DNA of 64,000 nucleotides from an uncultured delta proteobacterium (GTDB lineage Bacteria; Myxococcota_A; Polyangia; Polyangiales; Polyangiaceae): NCBI GenBank assembly GCA_963806225.1, contig CAWDXG010000004.1, positions 4,736,001 to 4,800,000 of the forward strand, read 5' to 3'. Shown piece by piece: positions 9,332 to 19,079 of this stretch (position 1 is its first letter; each line of letters starts with the position of its first letter). The notes under the pieces were generated by a model. It saw only the letters and a program-made list of their open reading frames with translations, ran no database searches and was not told where the DNA came from. The position numbers and the translations under genes were made by a program.

Positions 9332-10309
9332 TTGACCAGATCCCCCTCGGCAGGTCCGGCAGGTCCCATACCGGAGGCGCCTCCTGCGCACGCCAACTCC
9401 GCGACGCCGGCAATTGATCGACCTTCGGGCAGCTACGCGAGGCATCTGGCGGCTCCGCTGACGCTCGACCAGCTGCATGTGTTCGTTGCGATCATGGAGG
9501 AGGGTTCCTTCGGGCGCGCCGCCGCCCGACTGCGCAAAGCCCCCTCGGCGGTCAGCTACGCGGTCGGCATGATCGAGAGAGCTCTGGGCGTCCGGCTCTT
9601 CGATCGGTCCGGCCCGAAAGCCGTGCCGACCGCAGTGGCGCGCTCCATGTTCGATGCGGCGCGAGATGTCGTTGGCAGCGAGACGCGCCTGCGGGAGCTC
9701 GTGTCCTCGTACAGTGGGCAACAGCAGCCCGTCGTCCGGACGGCCATCGACCCACGCTTCTCCCCGGTAGCGGTGGCGCAAGCGATTGTGGACCTGCGCC
9801 GGCATCACCCCGGTGTTGTGGTGCGCTGGCGGGCGCGCCCCGCCGACGAGGTTATTTCGCTCGTTCTCGGCGGCGCGGTCGATATCGGCATTGTCGGACG
9901 GGAGCCCATGCAGCCCGAGCTCGAGGCGGCGCGACTACCGCGCCGCCGGCTGGTTGCGGTGGCCTCGCAAGACCATCCCCTCGCCCGTTCCTCGACCCGC
10001 GTATCGGCGCGCCAACTGCGACGGTACGACGAGATCGAGTTGGCAAGCCAGACCACGTCCGCACCGGGCGCGCTGTCCGCCTGCTCCCTCGAGGCAGTCA
10101 AGGCATTGGTCCTTGCCGGGTTGGGGTGGGCCTACGTACCTCCGGAATCCGTGACGTCCGATGTCGACGGCGCTTCCGGCCTCACGACCCTCCCTGCGCC
10201 GGAAGTGCTCGTACCGTTTTTCGCCATCCACGCCCGTGAGCGTGCACCCGGTGCGGCTGCTTGCTGTCTGATCCGGTCGTTCGCCAACGCTGCACGCGAC
10301 GACGACTGA
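9332..10309 (+). CDS. LysR-family transcriptional regulator (true start probably downstream)
   Basis: LTLDQLHVFVAIMEEGSFGRAAARL...SAVSYAV..IERALGVRLFDR HTH; substrate-binding domain (VDIGI, GLGWAYVP). Confidence 0.88.
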   Translation: MTRSPSAGPAGPIPEAPPAHANSATPAIDRPSGSYARHLAAPLTLDQLHVFVAIMEEGSFGRAAARLRKAPSAVSYAVGMIERALGVRLFDRSGPKAVPTAVARSMFDAARDVVGSETRLRELVSSYSGQQQPVVRTAIDPRFSPVAVAQAIVDLRRHHPGVVVRWRARPADEVISLVLGGAVDIGIVGREPMQPELEAARLPRRRLVAVASQDHPLARSSTRVSARQLRRYDEIELASQTTSAPGALSACSLEAVKALVLAGLGWAYVPPESVTSDVDGASGLTTLPAPEVLVPFFAIHARERAPGAAACCLIRSFANAARDDD

Positions 10310-10366
10310 CAGGTTGCGCCGGACGATCGATGTGCGCGTTCGAAGCCGCGCAATGACCTGCACCAC

Positions 10367-10383
10367 CATCGAAATTCTCGATG
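10367..10383. promoter_or_regulatory. LysR-type operator (ATC-N9-GAT)
   Basis: CATCGA-AATTC-TCGATG palindrome with T-N11-A core; related TTCGAAATT site about 22 nt downstream. Confidence 0.6.
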
Positions 10384-10556
10384 ACTGCGTTCGAAATTGC
10401 CTACTGGCATTGACTGCGCTCAAGAAGCTAATTTCGTAATCCCACCTTGTCCGTCGTTACGCCGAGTGCGTCCCGCGGCGGTCAAACACACAGCCTGTCC
10501 CAAGCCTGTCCCCGTGGCCACGCCGCGGGGGCCAGCAGCTTGAACACGAGGAGTAC

Positions 10557-12035
10557 ATGAAATCTCGCAGAAACCGTTCGATCCTTGGCACGCGTAGCCT
10601 CGGCATTTCCGTCCTGCTGACCGTTGGTCTGGCGATGCCGCTGGGATGCGGCGGTGGCAGCTCGAGCACGAGCACGCAGGGGTCCAACGGGGGGGCAGCC
10701 GGCTCTGGAGCCGATGCGGGAGGCTCCGGTGGCTTCGCTGGTGGCTCCGGTGGCTCCGGTGGCTCTTCTGGCAGCTCCGGTGCGGGAGGCTCCGCTGCGG
10801 GAGGCTCCGCGGGCGCCACCGACGCCGGACCAGACAGCTCTGCTTCCGACGCGGGCACCGACGCGTCGTGCCAACCCACCAACGGCGGCGTCGAGATCTG
10901 CGACGGCATCGACAACGACTGCAACGGCAAGACCGACGACAACGTCGCCGTGGGCGACGGCGGCCTGCACACCGGTGACCCCTGCACTGGCTGCAGTGCG
11001 GTCTGGGCGTGTCCGGCGTTCGGCAGCACACCGGTCTGCCAGGCCGAGGCCGGAGCCAGCACCGAGATCTGCGACGGAATCGACAACGACTGCAACGGGA
11101 AGATCGACGACGGTATCGCCCCGCAGGCGTGCGATGTCCCGAACAAGCCCGGTCTCACGTACCAGTCGACCGAGGCGGCGAGTATCTGCAAGCAGGGAAC
11201 GCAGACGTGCAGTGGCGGCGCGTGGGGTACCTGCACGGGCTACGTAGGCCCGAAGACAGAGACGTGCGACGGAAAGGACGACGACTGCAACGGAGTGGTC
11301 GACGACTATTCGCCCGCCAGTGCGCCGACCTGCACGCCTACCAGCCCGAGCGGCTTGTACTGCGACGCCAACGGCAACGTGGTCACGACAGTGCCGGAGG
11401 TCTGCGCGAGTGGCTCCTGGGTCTGTCCGGCTGCTGGCACGCTCCCCTTCTACTTCTATCTGGACGCGGATGGCGACGGATACCCCGAGCCCCTGCCCGG
11501 CATGGGTCTCAGAGGACCGACGCTGCACAGCTACAACCCCGGGCCGTACTGCACGACGGATACCACCTTCAGGCCGACTGTGGTGGGCGGCGCCCCCTCC
11601 GGCGCAAAGTGGATCACCAGCAACTACGACTGGAGGATCGCCTCCCAGCGCACGGCGGATCCGAAGCACCAGCTGCTCAACGGGACCAACAGCGGCTTCG
11701 ACTGCTGCGACGCAGACGCCAGAGCGAAACCGGGGCAGACCACCTACTACCAGGCCAAGAAGAGCGGCGGCGACAATCCGCTGCCCTCGGCGTGCGGCAC
11801 CAGCCGGACAAGTCAGTGGGACTTCAACTGCGACGGCTCCCTCCAGAGAAAGGCTCCTGACGGTTCCGGCACTGCGTGGAACCAGAACGCCACCAACTGC
11901 ACCCACAAGCCTGGCTGGGACACGCTCTTTCCGCATCCGCAGGACTGCGGCCAGACCCAGGGGCACTGGCTCCACCAGTGGACAGCCTGTACGCCGACCA
12001 ATTGGCTGGATGGCTACGCGCCGCAGTGCCACTAG
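10557..12035 (+). CDS. Cys-rich lipoprotein with myxobacterial putative metal-binding repeats (MopE-like)
   Basis: PLGC lipobox; Gly/Ser linker; three E(I/T)CDG(I/K)D(N/D)DCNG repeats; YLDADGDGY motif; SD GAGGAG. Confidence 0.85.
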   Translation: MKSRRNRSILGTRSLGISVLLTVGLAMPLGCGGGSSSTSTQGSNGGAAGSGADAGGSGGFAGGSGGSGGSSGSSGAGGSAAGGSAGATDAGPDSSASDAGTDASCQPTNGGVEICDGIDNDCNGKTDDNVAVGDGGLHTGDPCTGCSAVWACPAFGSTPVCQAEAGASTEICDGIDNDCNGKIDDGIAPQACDVPNKPGLTYQSTEAASICKQGTQTCSGGAWGTCTGYVGPKTETCDGKDDDCNGVVDDYSPASAPTCTPTSPSGLYCDANGNVVTTVPEVCASGSWVCPAAGTLPFYFYLDADGDGYPEPLPGMGLRGPTLHSYNPGPYCTTDTTFRPTVVGGAPSGAKWITSNYDWRIASQRTADPKHQLLNGTNSGFDCCDADARAKPGQTTYYQAKKSGGDNPLPSACGTSRTSQWDFNCDGSLQRKAPDGSGTAWNQNATNCTHKPGWDTLFPHPQDCGQTQGHWLHQWTACTPTNWLDGYAPQCH

Positions 12036-12053
12036 CGCGGAAGTAGGACAGAC

Positions 12054-15000
12054 ATGAAGACGATCTGGAGTCTCCGGGCACAGGCGGCGGTGTGGATCGC
12101 CGCCTGCGCCCTGATCGGGTGCAGCAGCAAGAAGCAAACGGCCACCACGAGTTCTGCTGTGACCTGCACGCAGAGCACGAAGGACACGAAGGCGCTGGCT
12201 CTGGCCAGCGTCTGCGTCCAGGACGACGACTGCCCGTGCGGCGGCTACTGCGACCTGGGCGTGTGCGCGCATCAATGTATCGCTGACCCGGACTGCGCTT
12301 CGGGACAGCGTTGTGACCTACACGGGCGCTGCCGCGCGTCCAATGACTCCAGCAACGTTGCTCCGCCGCCGAGCGGCAACATCGGGAACGTCAACCTACC
12401 CCTGGTGACCGGCCAGCTGTCTACCGATGCGCGGCGCGTCGACTTCACCGTGCTCGGCAAGCCGATCGATCACCTGCGCGTGCAGGCCGATCCCGGGCTC
12501 TTGGTGAGTTGCAAGGGGGCGACCGGGACGTTCGCGGCGGATTGCGAGCTCGACAACATCAAGCCCGGCCCCAACACGGTGTACGCGAAGTCGGACCCGG
12601 CCAGCGCGCCCAAGGGACAGAAGCAGTTCGATCTGAAACTGATCAGCGCGGTCCAGCGCTTGGCAGTGGGCTTTTCCGCGCCGCCCGCAGCCACGCCTGC
12701 TGGACCGAAGGCCGGGGTTTTCAAAGGGACGCTGGAGATCGACGCTGCCGGATTGGAGCGGGCCGGTGCCGACCAGCCCGTGACGATTCAAGGGGACGGC
12801 GAGCACGTCACCGCCAAGGTGTTCTCGGGGTCGAGTGGCTATCTCGTCGCGGTCGACGACGCGTTGCACCTGCTCGGCGACGAGGACACCTGGGTCTTCA
12901 AGATCAGCAAGTCCGGTGCCAGCTGGCAGGCCACGGCTCCGACGCGACCGTACCTCGATGGCGCGGGGAGCAAGATCGTGGTGGCGCCGGTGTTCACGTC
13001 GGTATCGTTCGACGACGCCTTGAACGCCGGGTTCGACCTGCAGCTCGACGGCAGCCTGGGTCACGCCAACGGGTACGACCCGGGTGCGCTAGTTGGACGC
13101 TATCAACTGGCGCTGAGGCGCACCGGCGATCTCGCCCAGGGCGCTGTCGCGCCGCAGTACCCCAGTGACGCGGCGATGCCGGATGCAACAACGGCGGCGC
13201 TCGCGCCCCTACCCTGGGAAGCGGCAGCGCACGCCGCGCTGGCGACGCCGTTCGCTCCGAGCTTCAATACCGCCTTCGGGACGCTGTCCGGTGGTCCGGG
13301 TCTCTGGCAGTGCGAATCGACCGACAACCCCTACCGGAAGCTGTGCTCGTCGGCGGGTGAGAGTCCCTGCAACACGGCTTCGGTAGACGGCGGCTCCATC
13401 CCCTGCTCGACCACTTCGACCACTACGTGCGCCACGCTGCAGTCGAACTATGGCTGCACGGTCAACTCGACCCAGACCGCGTGTGACTTCGCAGCCGCGC
13501 TGTGGACCCCCCTCGACCCGGCGAAGGCGCCGTCGGAGTGCGCGCAGGGCTACCTGTGCTGGACGGCGCCGGGCACTCCAAGCGACACCGATCTGTCCCA
13601 GCTCCCCAACACGCTCTTCAACCCGAGCCTTACCTCGACGAACTACACGGTCTCGGGCGACCTGCACTGCGCGAGTGGGTCGGGGACGGCGGCGCTCGGG
13701 TATTTCGAGAACTTCGACTCGAACAAGAAGAATGCCGAGGAGACGCTCGACGCCTGCGCCGAAGACCTCGATCGCTACTTCGCCGGGCCTGCTACTCCTC
13801 CGAGCAGCACGGGCGCCGCGGAGCTCGCGTCGCTTGCCGCGGGGAGCAAGGGCTGCATCGACGGCAGCCGCTTCGAGCCTGCCCTGGCCCACGCGCTCTC
13901 GCTCGACCTCCCCGCTGGAATGGGCGTGTCGGGCGCGTCCGACGACACCGGCTCCGCGATCGGGCTGAGGCTCTTGTACCAGTTTGCGTCCGTCCAGGCG
14001 TTCGTCGCCCGCGAGGCCCTCGCGTCGGACAACCTCACCTATGTCCTCGGTGGTGGCTCGAAGCCCATCAGCAAGAACTCGCGCACACTCGACAAGTACC
14101 TGGACGCATCGCTGCAAGGCTGGAACCTGGTGCTCCACCCGCGAATCGCCTCCGCGCTGATGGGTGTTAGCCCGACGGTGCTGGCGAAACCGGACTATCG
14201 CCAGTGGGTCGCACAGCAGAAGCTACCCGGCGTGCCGCTGCCGCAACACGAGGAACCCGTCGGGTTGCCGGTCATGTTTGCCCAGGCGCTCGTCCCGCAG
14301 CTCAAGAGCGCACAGGCGTTGATCCGCCGCGCGCGCTACACCGGCGGTGGCCAGGACGCGGCCCTGAAGAGCGCCAACAAGGCGGCGCGCTACGCCGTCG
14401 CGGTCATGGCGCTGAGCGAAGCCCTGGCGGCGCGGGCAAAGCCTGTGAAGCCGGCATGGTGGACCCGGTGGACCGCCGCGGAAACCGGCGCCTACGCCGC
14501 GCTGCAGTCCGTGCTCGACGAAGCCGAGCATCTGAAGAACGGCGATAACCCTCTCGGCATCTCGGATGATGATCTGCCCCTTCACTATTTCGGCAATCCG
14601 CAGGATCCGGGCAGCCGCTTCTCCGCGATCAGCGACTTCCTGCTCGGCCACACGCTCAGCAGCAGCAGCGGCAACTCCGCGTGGGCGCCCGCAGCCGTAG
14701 CGCGCGCGCAGACGTTGCTCGACGCGGCGCAATCACAGTGGATTGCCCTGCGGACGCGCCAGCTCGGGGCCGTGCTGTCGTCGAACGACGCGGCTGCCCG
14801 CCTCGACGGCATCAAGAAGGAGTACGGCGACAAAATCATCAATCTGTGCGGCAACCAGTCGTGGAACGCGGACACGATCATCGACAACTGGACGGGCGTC
14901 GGCGAATACACGCCCAATAGCTGCTTCATCGACACCTCGAACCCGCAATGCCAGATCCTGGCCACCGACTCACAGCGGTCCGCCCAGGTCTACGACCTGG

Positions 15001-16925
15001 TGACGGAAGCCGACGCGGAAGTGGCGTTGTGCGTCGGCTACGAGGCACGCAAGCAGGTGGGGAGCACGGTCCAGGGGATGGTCCCGAACGCTGCGATCAA
15101 CCAGGTCCTGAAGGATGGCTTGGCGGCCGTTGCGGTCAACGGAAGTGGCAACTCCAGGCTTGCGCAGGTGACGACGACCAAGGGCAAGGGCGTCAATGTG
15201 CCCATCAGCCAGCTCTACCAGATCGACTACTCGCAGGTCCCCGCCCAGATCCTGCAGCCGATCCTGGATGCCTGCCGCGCGAAGTACCCGACCGGACGCG
15301 CATCGCTTCCCACCGCGCTCGACCTGGGTGACTCACCGCTCACCACGCCGATCGACCCGAACTGCGTCCAGCCCGGCGCGCTGGGCGACGACGCCGTCGC
15401 GGTGTCCAGCGCGCAGCAGGATCTGGACATCGCCCGTCAGGATCTGGCCACGATCAAGGACAAGTTCCAGATCCAGGTCAACAAGTGCAACGACCTCATC
15501 CAGGACGACAAGGACCTCAAGCAGCTCGAGACGGCCGAGTTCGCCACGATGACCACGCTGCGCAGCGTCAAGCTCGCGATGGACATCACGTCGACCGAGC
15601 TCAAAGCCTCCGCCGAACTCTCCAAGGAATTCAGTCTGGCGACGATGCTCAGCGGCCCAGGGGAAGAAACAAGCGAGGCCCTGAAGTTTGCAGCCGGGCA
15701 GTTCGACATGGGTTCACTGATCACCCAGTTCGAGATGGACACCGTCTCGGACTCCTTCGATCTGGCCGTCAGCCAGCGCGAGCGGCAGGGTGACATCAAG
15801 CAGTGCTTCGATGATGCCGATGCGGTGCTCGCGGATGCCAAGTCCGCTGGGCTACAAGCCAAGAAGGCCGCCTACGACTTCCAGAACGCCGTATCCAGCG
15901 TCGGCGGCGACAAGCTGATTCTCGACCGCGCGGTCCGCGAGGGCAAGGCGGCGGTCGCCGCCGAGGAAGCGCGCATCACCCTGGCTGGCAATGCCCGCGC
16001 GCCGCTCACCGACGAGCGCTGGGTCAACCAAGCGGTCACTCAATACCAACACGACTTCCGTCTGGCGCAACGCATGACCTACCTGGCTGTGCGCGTCGTG
16101 GAGTACGAGCTGCAGCAGAGCCTGTCGGCCCGTAGTCAGGTGCTGGCCGCGCAGCGTCCGAGCCAACTCCGATCGGTGCTCGACAACCTGATCACGACGG
16201 GTGCCGGATCCGTGCAGGGCAAACAGCCCTCCGATCTGGTTCTGGTCATCAGCCTGAAGAACGAGCTGCTCAAGCTGGCGGGCGGCGGCGGCTACAGCCA
16301 GAACCAGCGCTTCGCGGACTACCTGGCGGCGCACAAGGTCGTTGACGACAGCGGCAACTACCTTGGAGTCGCGGTTCCGTTCACACTCGCGCCAACGTCG
16401 CCGAATGCGCCGGCGGGTTCCATCAAGATCTTCACGAACAGCGACTGCGCCGAGCGCCTCTGGTCGGTGAGCGCATCGGTGACCGGCGACAAGCTGTGGG
16501 TCGGCAACGATCCGTCGAGCTTCGTGCGCCTGGACTTGCAGAAGAGCAACACCTTCTTCAGCCAGTGGTGCGGCACGCCGTCGGCCGGGCAGCCCTTCCA
16601 GCAGGCTTCTATCTATCCCAGCGTGAACCTGTTTGCCGACCCGGCACTGGGCTCGCCCACCGGCATCCAGAAGAGCAGCGAGGACCCGGCGTCCGCCTTC
16701 AGTACTGCGCGGATGCGGGCGTTCCTCAACGTCTCGCGCGCGGACCTGGAGAAGGACAGCTACGCCGACGGCAACACCTCGGAGCTTGCGGCGCGCGGCT
16801 TGTACGGAAAGTACAAGATCTTCATCAGCAAGGACTTCCTGAGCGACAAGGGCAGCCCGGGGCTCAAGCTCGACAACGTCGACGACATCCTGCTCCGCCT
16901 CGAGTACGTGTCCGTGGCCAAGTAG
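12054..16925 (+). CDS. 1623-aa lipoprotein with C-terminal Tc-toxin-A-like coiled-coil and binding-domain region
   Basis: LIGC lipobox; Cys-rich N-terminus; long helical segment; YQHDFRLAQRMTYLAVRVVEYE and terminal GLYGKYKI...LDNVDDILLRLEY resemble TcA C-termini (function is inference). Confidence 0.8.
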   Translation: MKTIWSLRAQAAVWIAACALIGCSSKKQTATTSSAVTCTQSTKDTKALALASVCVQDDDCPCGGYCDLGVCAHQCIADPDCASGQRCDLHGRCRASNDSSNVAPPPSGNIGNVNLPLVTGQLSTDARRVDFTVLGKPIDHLRVQADPGLLVSCKGATGTFAADCELDNIKPGPNTVYAKSDPASAPKGQKQFDLKLISAVQRLAVGFSAPPAATPAGPKAGVFKGTLEIDAAGLERAGADQPVTIQGDGEHVTAKVFSGSSGYLVAVDDALHLLGDEDTWVFKISKSGASWQATAPTRPYLDGAGSKIVVAPVFTSVSFDDALNAGFDLQLDGSLGHANGYDPGALVGRYQLALRRTGDLAQGAVAPQYPSDAAMPDATTAALAPLPWEAAAHAALATPFAPSFNTAFGTLSGGPGLWQCESTDNPYRKLCSSAGESPCNTASVDGGSIPCSTTSTTTCATLQSNYGCTVNSTQTACDFAAALWTPLDPAKAPSECAQGYLCWTAPGTPSDTDLSQLPNTLFNPSLTSTNYTVSGDLHCASGSGTAALGYFENFDSNKKNAEETLDACAEDLDRYFAGPATPPSSTGAAELASLAAGSKGCIDGSRFEPALAHALSLDLPAGMGVSGASDDTGSAIGLRLLYQFASVQAFVAREALASDNLTYVLGGGSKPISKNSRTLDKYLDASLQGWNLVLHPRIASALMGVSPTVLAKPDYRQWVAQQKLPGVPLPQHEEPVGLPVMFAQALVPQLKSAQALIRRARYTGGGQDAALKSANKAARYAVAVMALSEALAARAKPVKPAWWTRWTAAETGAYAALQSVLDEAEHLKNGDNPLGISDDDLPLHYFGNPQDPGSRFSAISDFLLGHTLSSSSGNSAWAPAAVARAQTLLDAAQSQWIALRTRQLGAVLSSNDAAARLDGIKKEYGDKIINLCGNQSWNADTIIDNWTGVGEYTPNSCFIDTSNPQCQILATDSQRSAQVYDLVTEADAEVALCVGYEARKQVGSTVQGMVPNAAINQVLKDGLAAVAVNGSGNSRLAQVTTTKGKGVNVPISQLYQIDYSQVPAQILQPILDACRAKYPTGRASLPTALDLGDSPLTTPIDPNCVQPGALGDDAVAVSSAQQDLDIARQDLATIKDKFQIQVNKCNDLIQDDKDLKQLETAEFATMTTLRSVKLAMDITSTELKASAELSKEFSLATMLSGPGEETSEALKFAAGQFDMGSLITQFEMDTVSDSFDLAVSQRERQGDIKQCFDDADAVLADAKSAGLQAKKAAYDFQNAVSSVGGDKLILDRAVREGKAAVAAEEARITLAGNARAPLTDERWVNQAVTQYQHDFRLAQRMTYLAVRVVEYELQQSLSARSQVLAAQRPSQLRSVLDNLITTGAGSVQGKQPSDLVLVISLKNELLKLAGGGGYSQNQRFADYLAAHKVVDDSGNYLGVAVPFTLAPTSPNAPAGSIKIFTNSDCAERLWSVSASVTGDKLWVGNDPSSFVRLDLQKSNTFFSQWCGTPSAGQPFQQASIYPSVNLFADPALGSPTGIQKSSEDPASAFSTARMRAFLNVSRADLEKDSYADGNTSELAARGLYGKYKIFISKDFLSDKGSPGLKLDNVDDILLRLEYVSVAK

Positions 16926-16999
16926 CGCCCGCCGCCCGAAGCCTCGCTCGCCTTGGTGCGGCGCTGGACCGCTTGCCTCGGCCGTGTAACCTGCGGGCC

Positions 17000-18640
17000 A
17001 TGTCAGCCATCCCGACCATCGGCGGCGAACGCGTCCACGAGATCTACTCTGCCGACGCGTCGCTGCCTGGGAGCTGGGACGCCGGGCAGGCTCCCCATAT
17101 GAAGCCAGCCTGCGAAGTCGGCGAGACGGCCAATCGAGCCGATTGCGCACGACGCGCCGCGGGCGCACGCGGGGCCGGGCGACGCTGCATAAGAAGGCCG
17201 TGGCGCAGCACGGTCGCCCTGTGCGCGCTGGCTGCGACCGCTTGCGCGGCGCCTCCGCCGCCGTCCACGCCGCCGCCAGTGCTCGCTGCACCGCCGCCGG
17301 TCACGGCGAGCGCGGCTCCGGCGCCCGCCCCGTCGCAGCCGCCGACGATCGAGCTGCACCCGGTTCGCGTGGACATCGCCTCGCTGCCCGCCCCCGAGGT
17401 GCGCTGGTCGGTGCCCGTGGGGCGTACAGCGTTCGGCGCGTTCGCTCACGGGATCGTCGCGACCCTGCCCGGCGAAGCCGGCGCCGAGCTCGTCGACGCC
17501 GATACCGGGAAGGTACGCTGGGAGCGCAAAGCGGCCCGAGGCGAACGCTGGCGGGGGCTCGACGCCGTAACGGAAGATCTCAGCCCATTCCTGTTCGCCG
17601 AGAGCGTCGACCACCACGGGCATCATTGGCTGGTGCGGCTCGACTACATGACCGGCAAGCTGGTCGGGCACCGGAAAATCGATCCCGCTGTGGAGATCGA
17701 GCGAGGCGTGCACGGCGGCCTCGCGTTGCGGGATCGCGACCGTTGCGAGATCACTATCGTCGACGTAGTAACCGGCAAGACACTGGGAGCTCCGATTCGC
17801 GGCGCGCAAAAGAAGCTCCGCGACTTCAAGGGCCGTCCGGCGCCCGAGTGCACCACTACGGTTGCTCTCCAGGACATCGCCCACGGGACCGCAACCGTCA
17901 GCGTGCTCCGTGACGACGGCGTGCACCTCCTCGAGGTCACGGCGGCGGGCGTGCAGCGGGATCGTGCCCTCGGGGGGCAGGTCGTCGATCAGCTGGAGCC
18001 GAGGCTGTACGCTGCCCTGCCGGTCACGGCGTCCAGCGGCGGCGAGCTGGTGCGCGTCGAGGACGACGAAGCCTTTGGGGTGCACGCGTTCCACTGGCCC
18101 ATCCCGGCGCGGGCGTGCTCCGAACCGGTGCGCGTCCGAAGCTCATACCCCGACCGTGCGCTGGTGCAGGCGTGCCAGCACGTCGCGCTGCTCGACACGA
18201 CCTCCGGCGCGACGCGATGGATGGCCGAGGCGAAGGGCCTGGCGGTGCTCGACAACGAAACGGCGACATCCGTTACCGTCGGCTCGCAGCGCCTGGTCGA
18301 ACGGTTCTCCGCCACCGGCACATCGCTGGGGGTGCTGCTCCTCCCACCCGGAACGCGGACTATCTGGCCGTCCGACGGGGGCCTTTTCGTCGCCACGGAC
18401 GGCGCCGTTGCCTCGGTCGATCGCGCGCTGCACGTCCGCTGGCAGTATTCCGCCCACTTCGACCGCATCCGCATCTTCGACGGGCGCGTGGTCCTCGGCT
18501 CTGGCGACCGCGATCTGCTGGTGCAGCCGCAGACTGGCAAGCTCGCTGTCTCGGGCCGGAGCCTCGGTCGCGCGGCCGCCGACCGAAGCCTGTGGATCGA
18601 TCACATGGCAGGAGCGATCCACGCGCTTGTGATCCCTTGA
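17000..18640 (+). CDS. Putative lipoprotein with PQQ-like beta-propeller repeats (start uncertain, likely downstream)
   Basis: ALAATAC lipobox; Pro-rich linker; repeated LVDADTGKVRW / LLDTTSGATRW blades. Confidence 0.7.
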   Translation: MSAIPTIGGERVHEIYSADASLPGSWDAGQAPHMKPACEVGETANRADCARRAAGARGAGRRCIRRPWRSTVALCALAATACAAPPPPSTPPPVLAAPPPVTASAAPAPAPSQPPTIELHPVRVDIASLPAPEVRWSVPVGRTAFGAFAHGIVATLPGEAGAELVDADTGKVRWERKAARGERWRGLDAVTEDLSPFLFAESVDHHGHHWLVRLDYMTGKLVGHRKIDPAVEIERGVHGGLALRDRDRCEITIVDVVTGKTLGAPIRGAQKKLRDFKGRPAPECTTTVALQDIAHGTATVSVLRDDGVHLLEVTAAGVQRDRALGGQVVDQLEPRLYAALPVTASSGGELVRVEDDEAFGVHAFHWPIPARACSEPVRVRSSYPDRALVQACQHVALLDTTSGATRWMAEAKGLAVLDNETATSVTVGSQRLVERFSATGTSLGVLLLPPGTRTIWPSDGGLFVATDGAVASVDRALHVRWQYSAHFDRIRIFDGRVVLGSGDRDLLVQPQTGKLAVSGRSLGRAAADRSLWIDHMAGAIHALVIP

Positions 18641-18842
18641 CCCAGGGCCGGCAATCCAGCGTAGCCCCGGAACAACTTCGAAGGCGGCAAGGGCACAGGC
18701 CAGAGTCAGTGTCGAAAGCCTGAGCCCGGCCAGGAGCGCAATCGATCCGCGGGTCTACCGGTCGAAGTGGACGGAGGACGTGGCTCGCTGCATGATCACC
18801 CGGCTGGGGTTCGTCCAACGTGACGGCTGGAGGAGTTTGCGC

Positions 18843-19079
18843 GTGCACCGATCCATTCTTCACCTGATTCAGCTGGGACTCGCGGTCTGCATGGTCGCGC
18901 TCGTGGCGCAGGCCGAAACGAAATCTTGCCCGGCGGGCAAGGAGCTCATCCTGGGCAAGTGCTTCGACGCCCGTCCGAAAGGGCGCGCGCACGACTCGCA
19001 GGGCATGTGCACGCTGTGCGCGGCGGGCTACCAGAAGAACCCGAAGACGCGCGCCTGCGAGAAGCAGCGTCCTCGATGA
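18843..19079 (+). CDS. Small secreted Cys-rich protein
   Basis: GGAGG SD then GTG; signal peptide ending AQA; CPAG...C...C..C...C; stop overlaps the next ATG. Confidence 0.6.
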   Translation: MHRSILHLIQLGLAVCMVALVAQAETKSCPAGKELILGKCFDARPKGRAHDSQGMCTLCAAGYQKNPKTRACEKQRPR

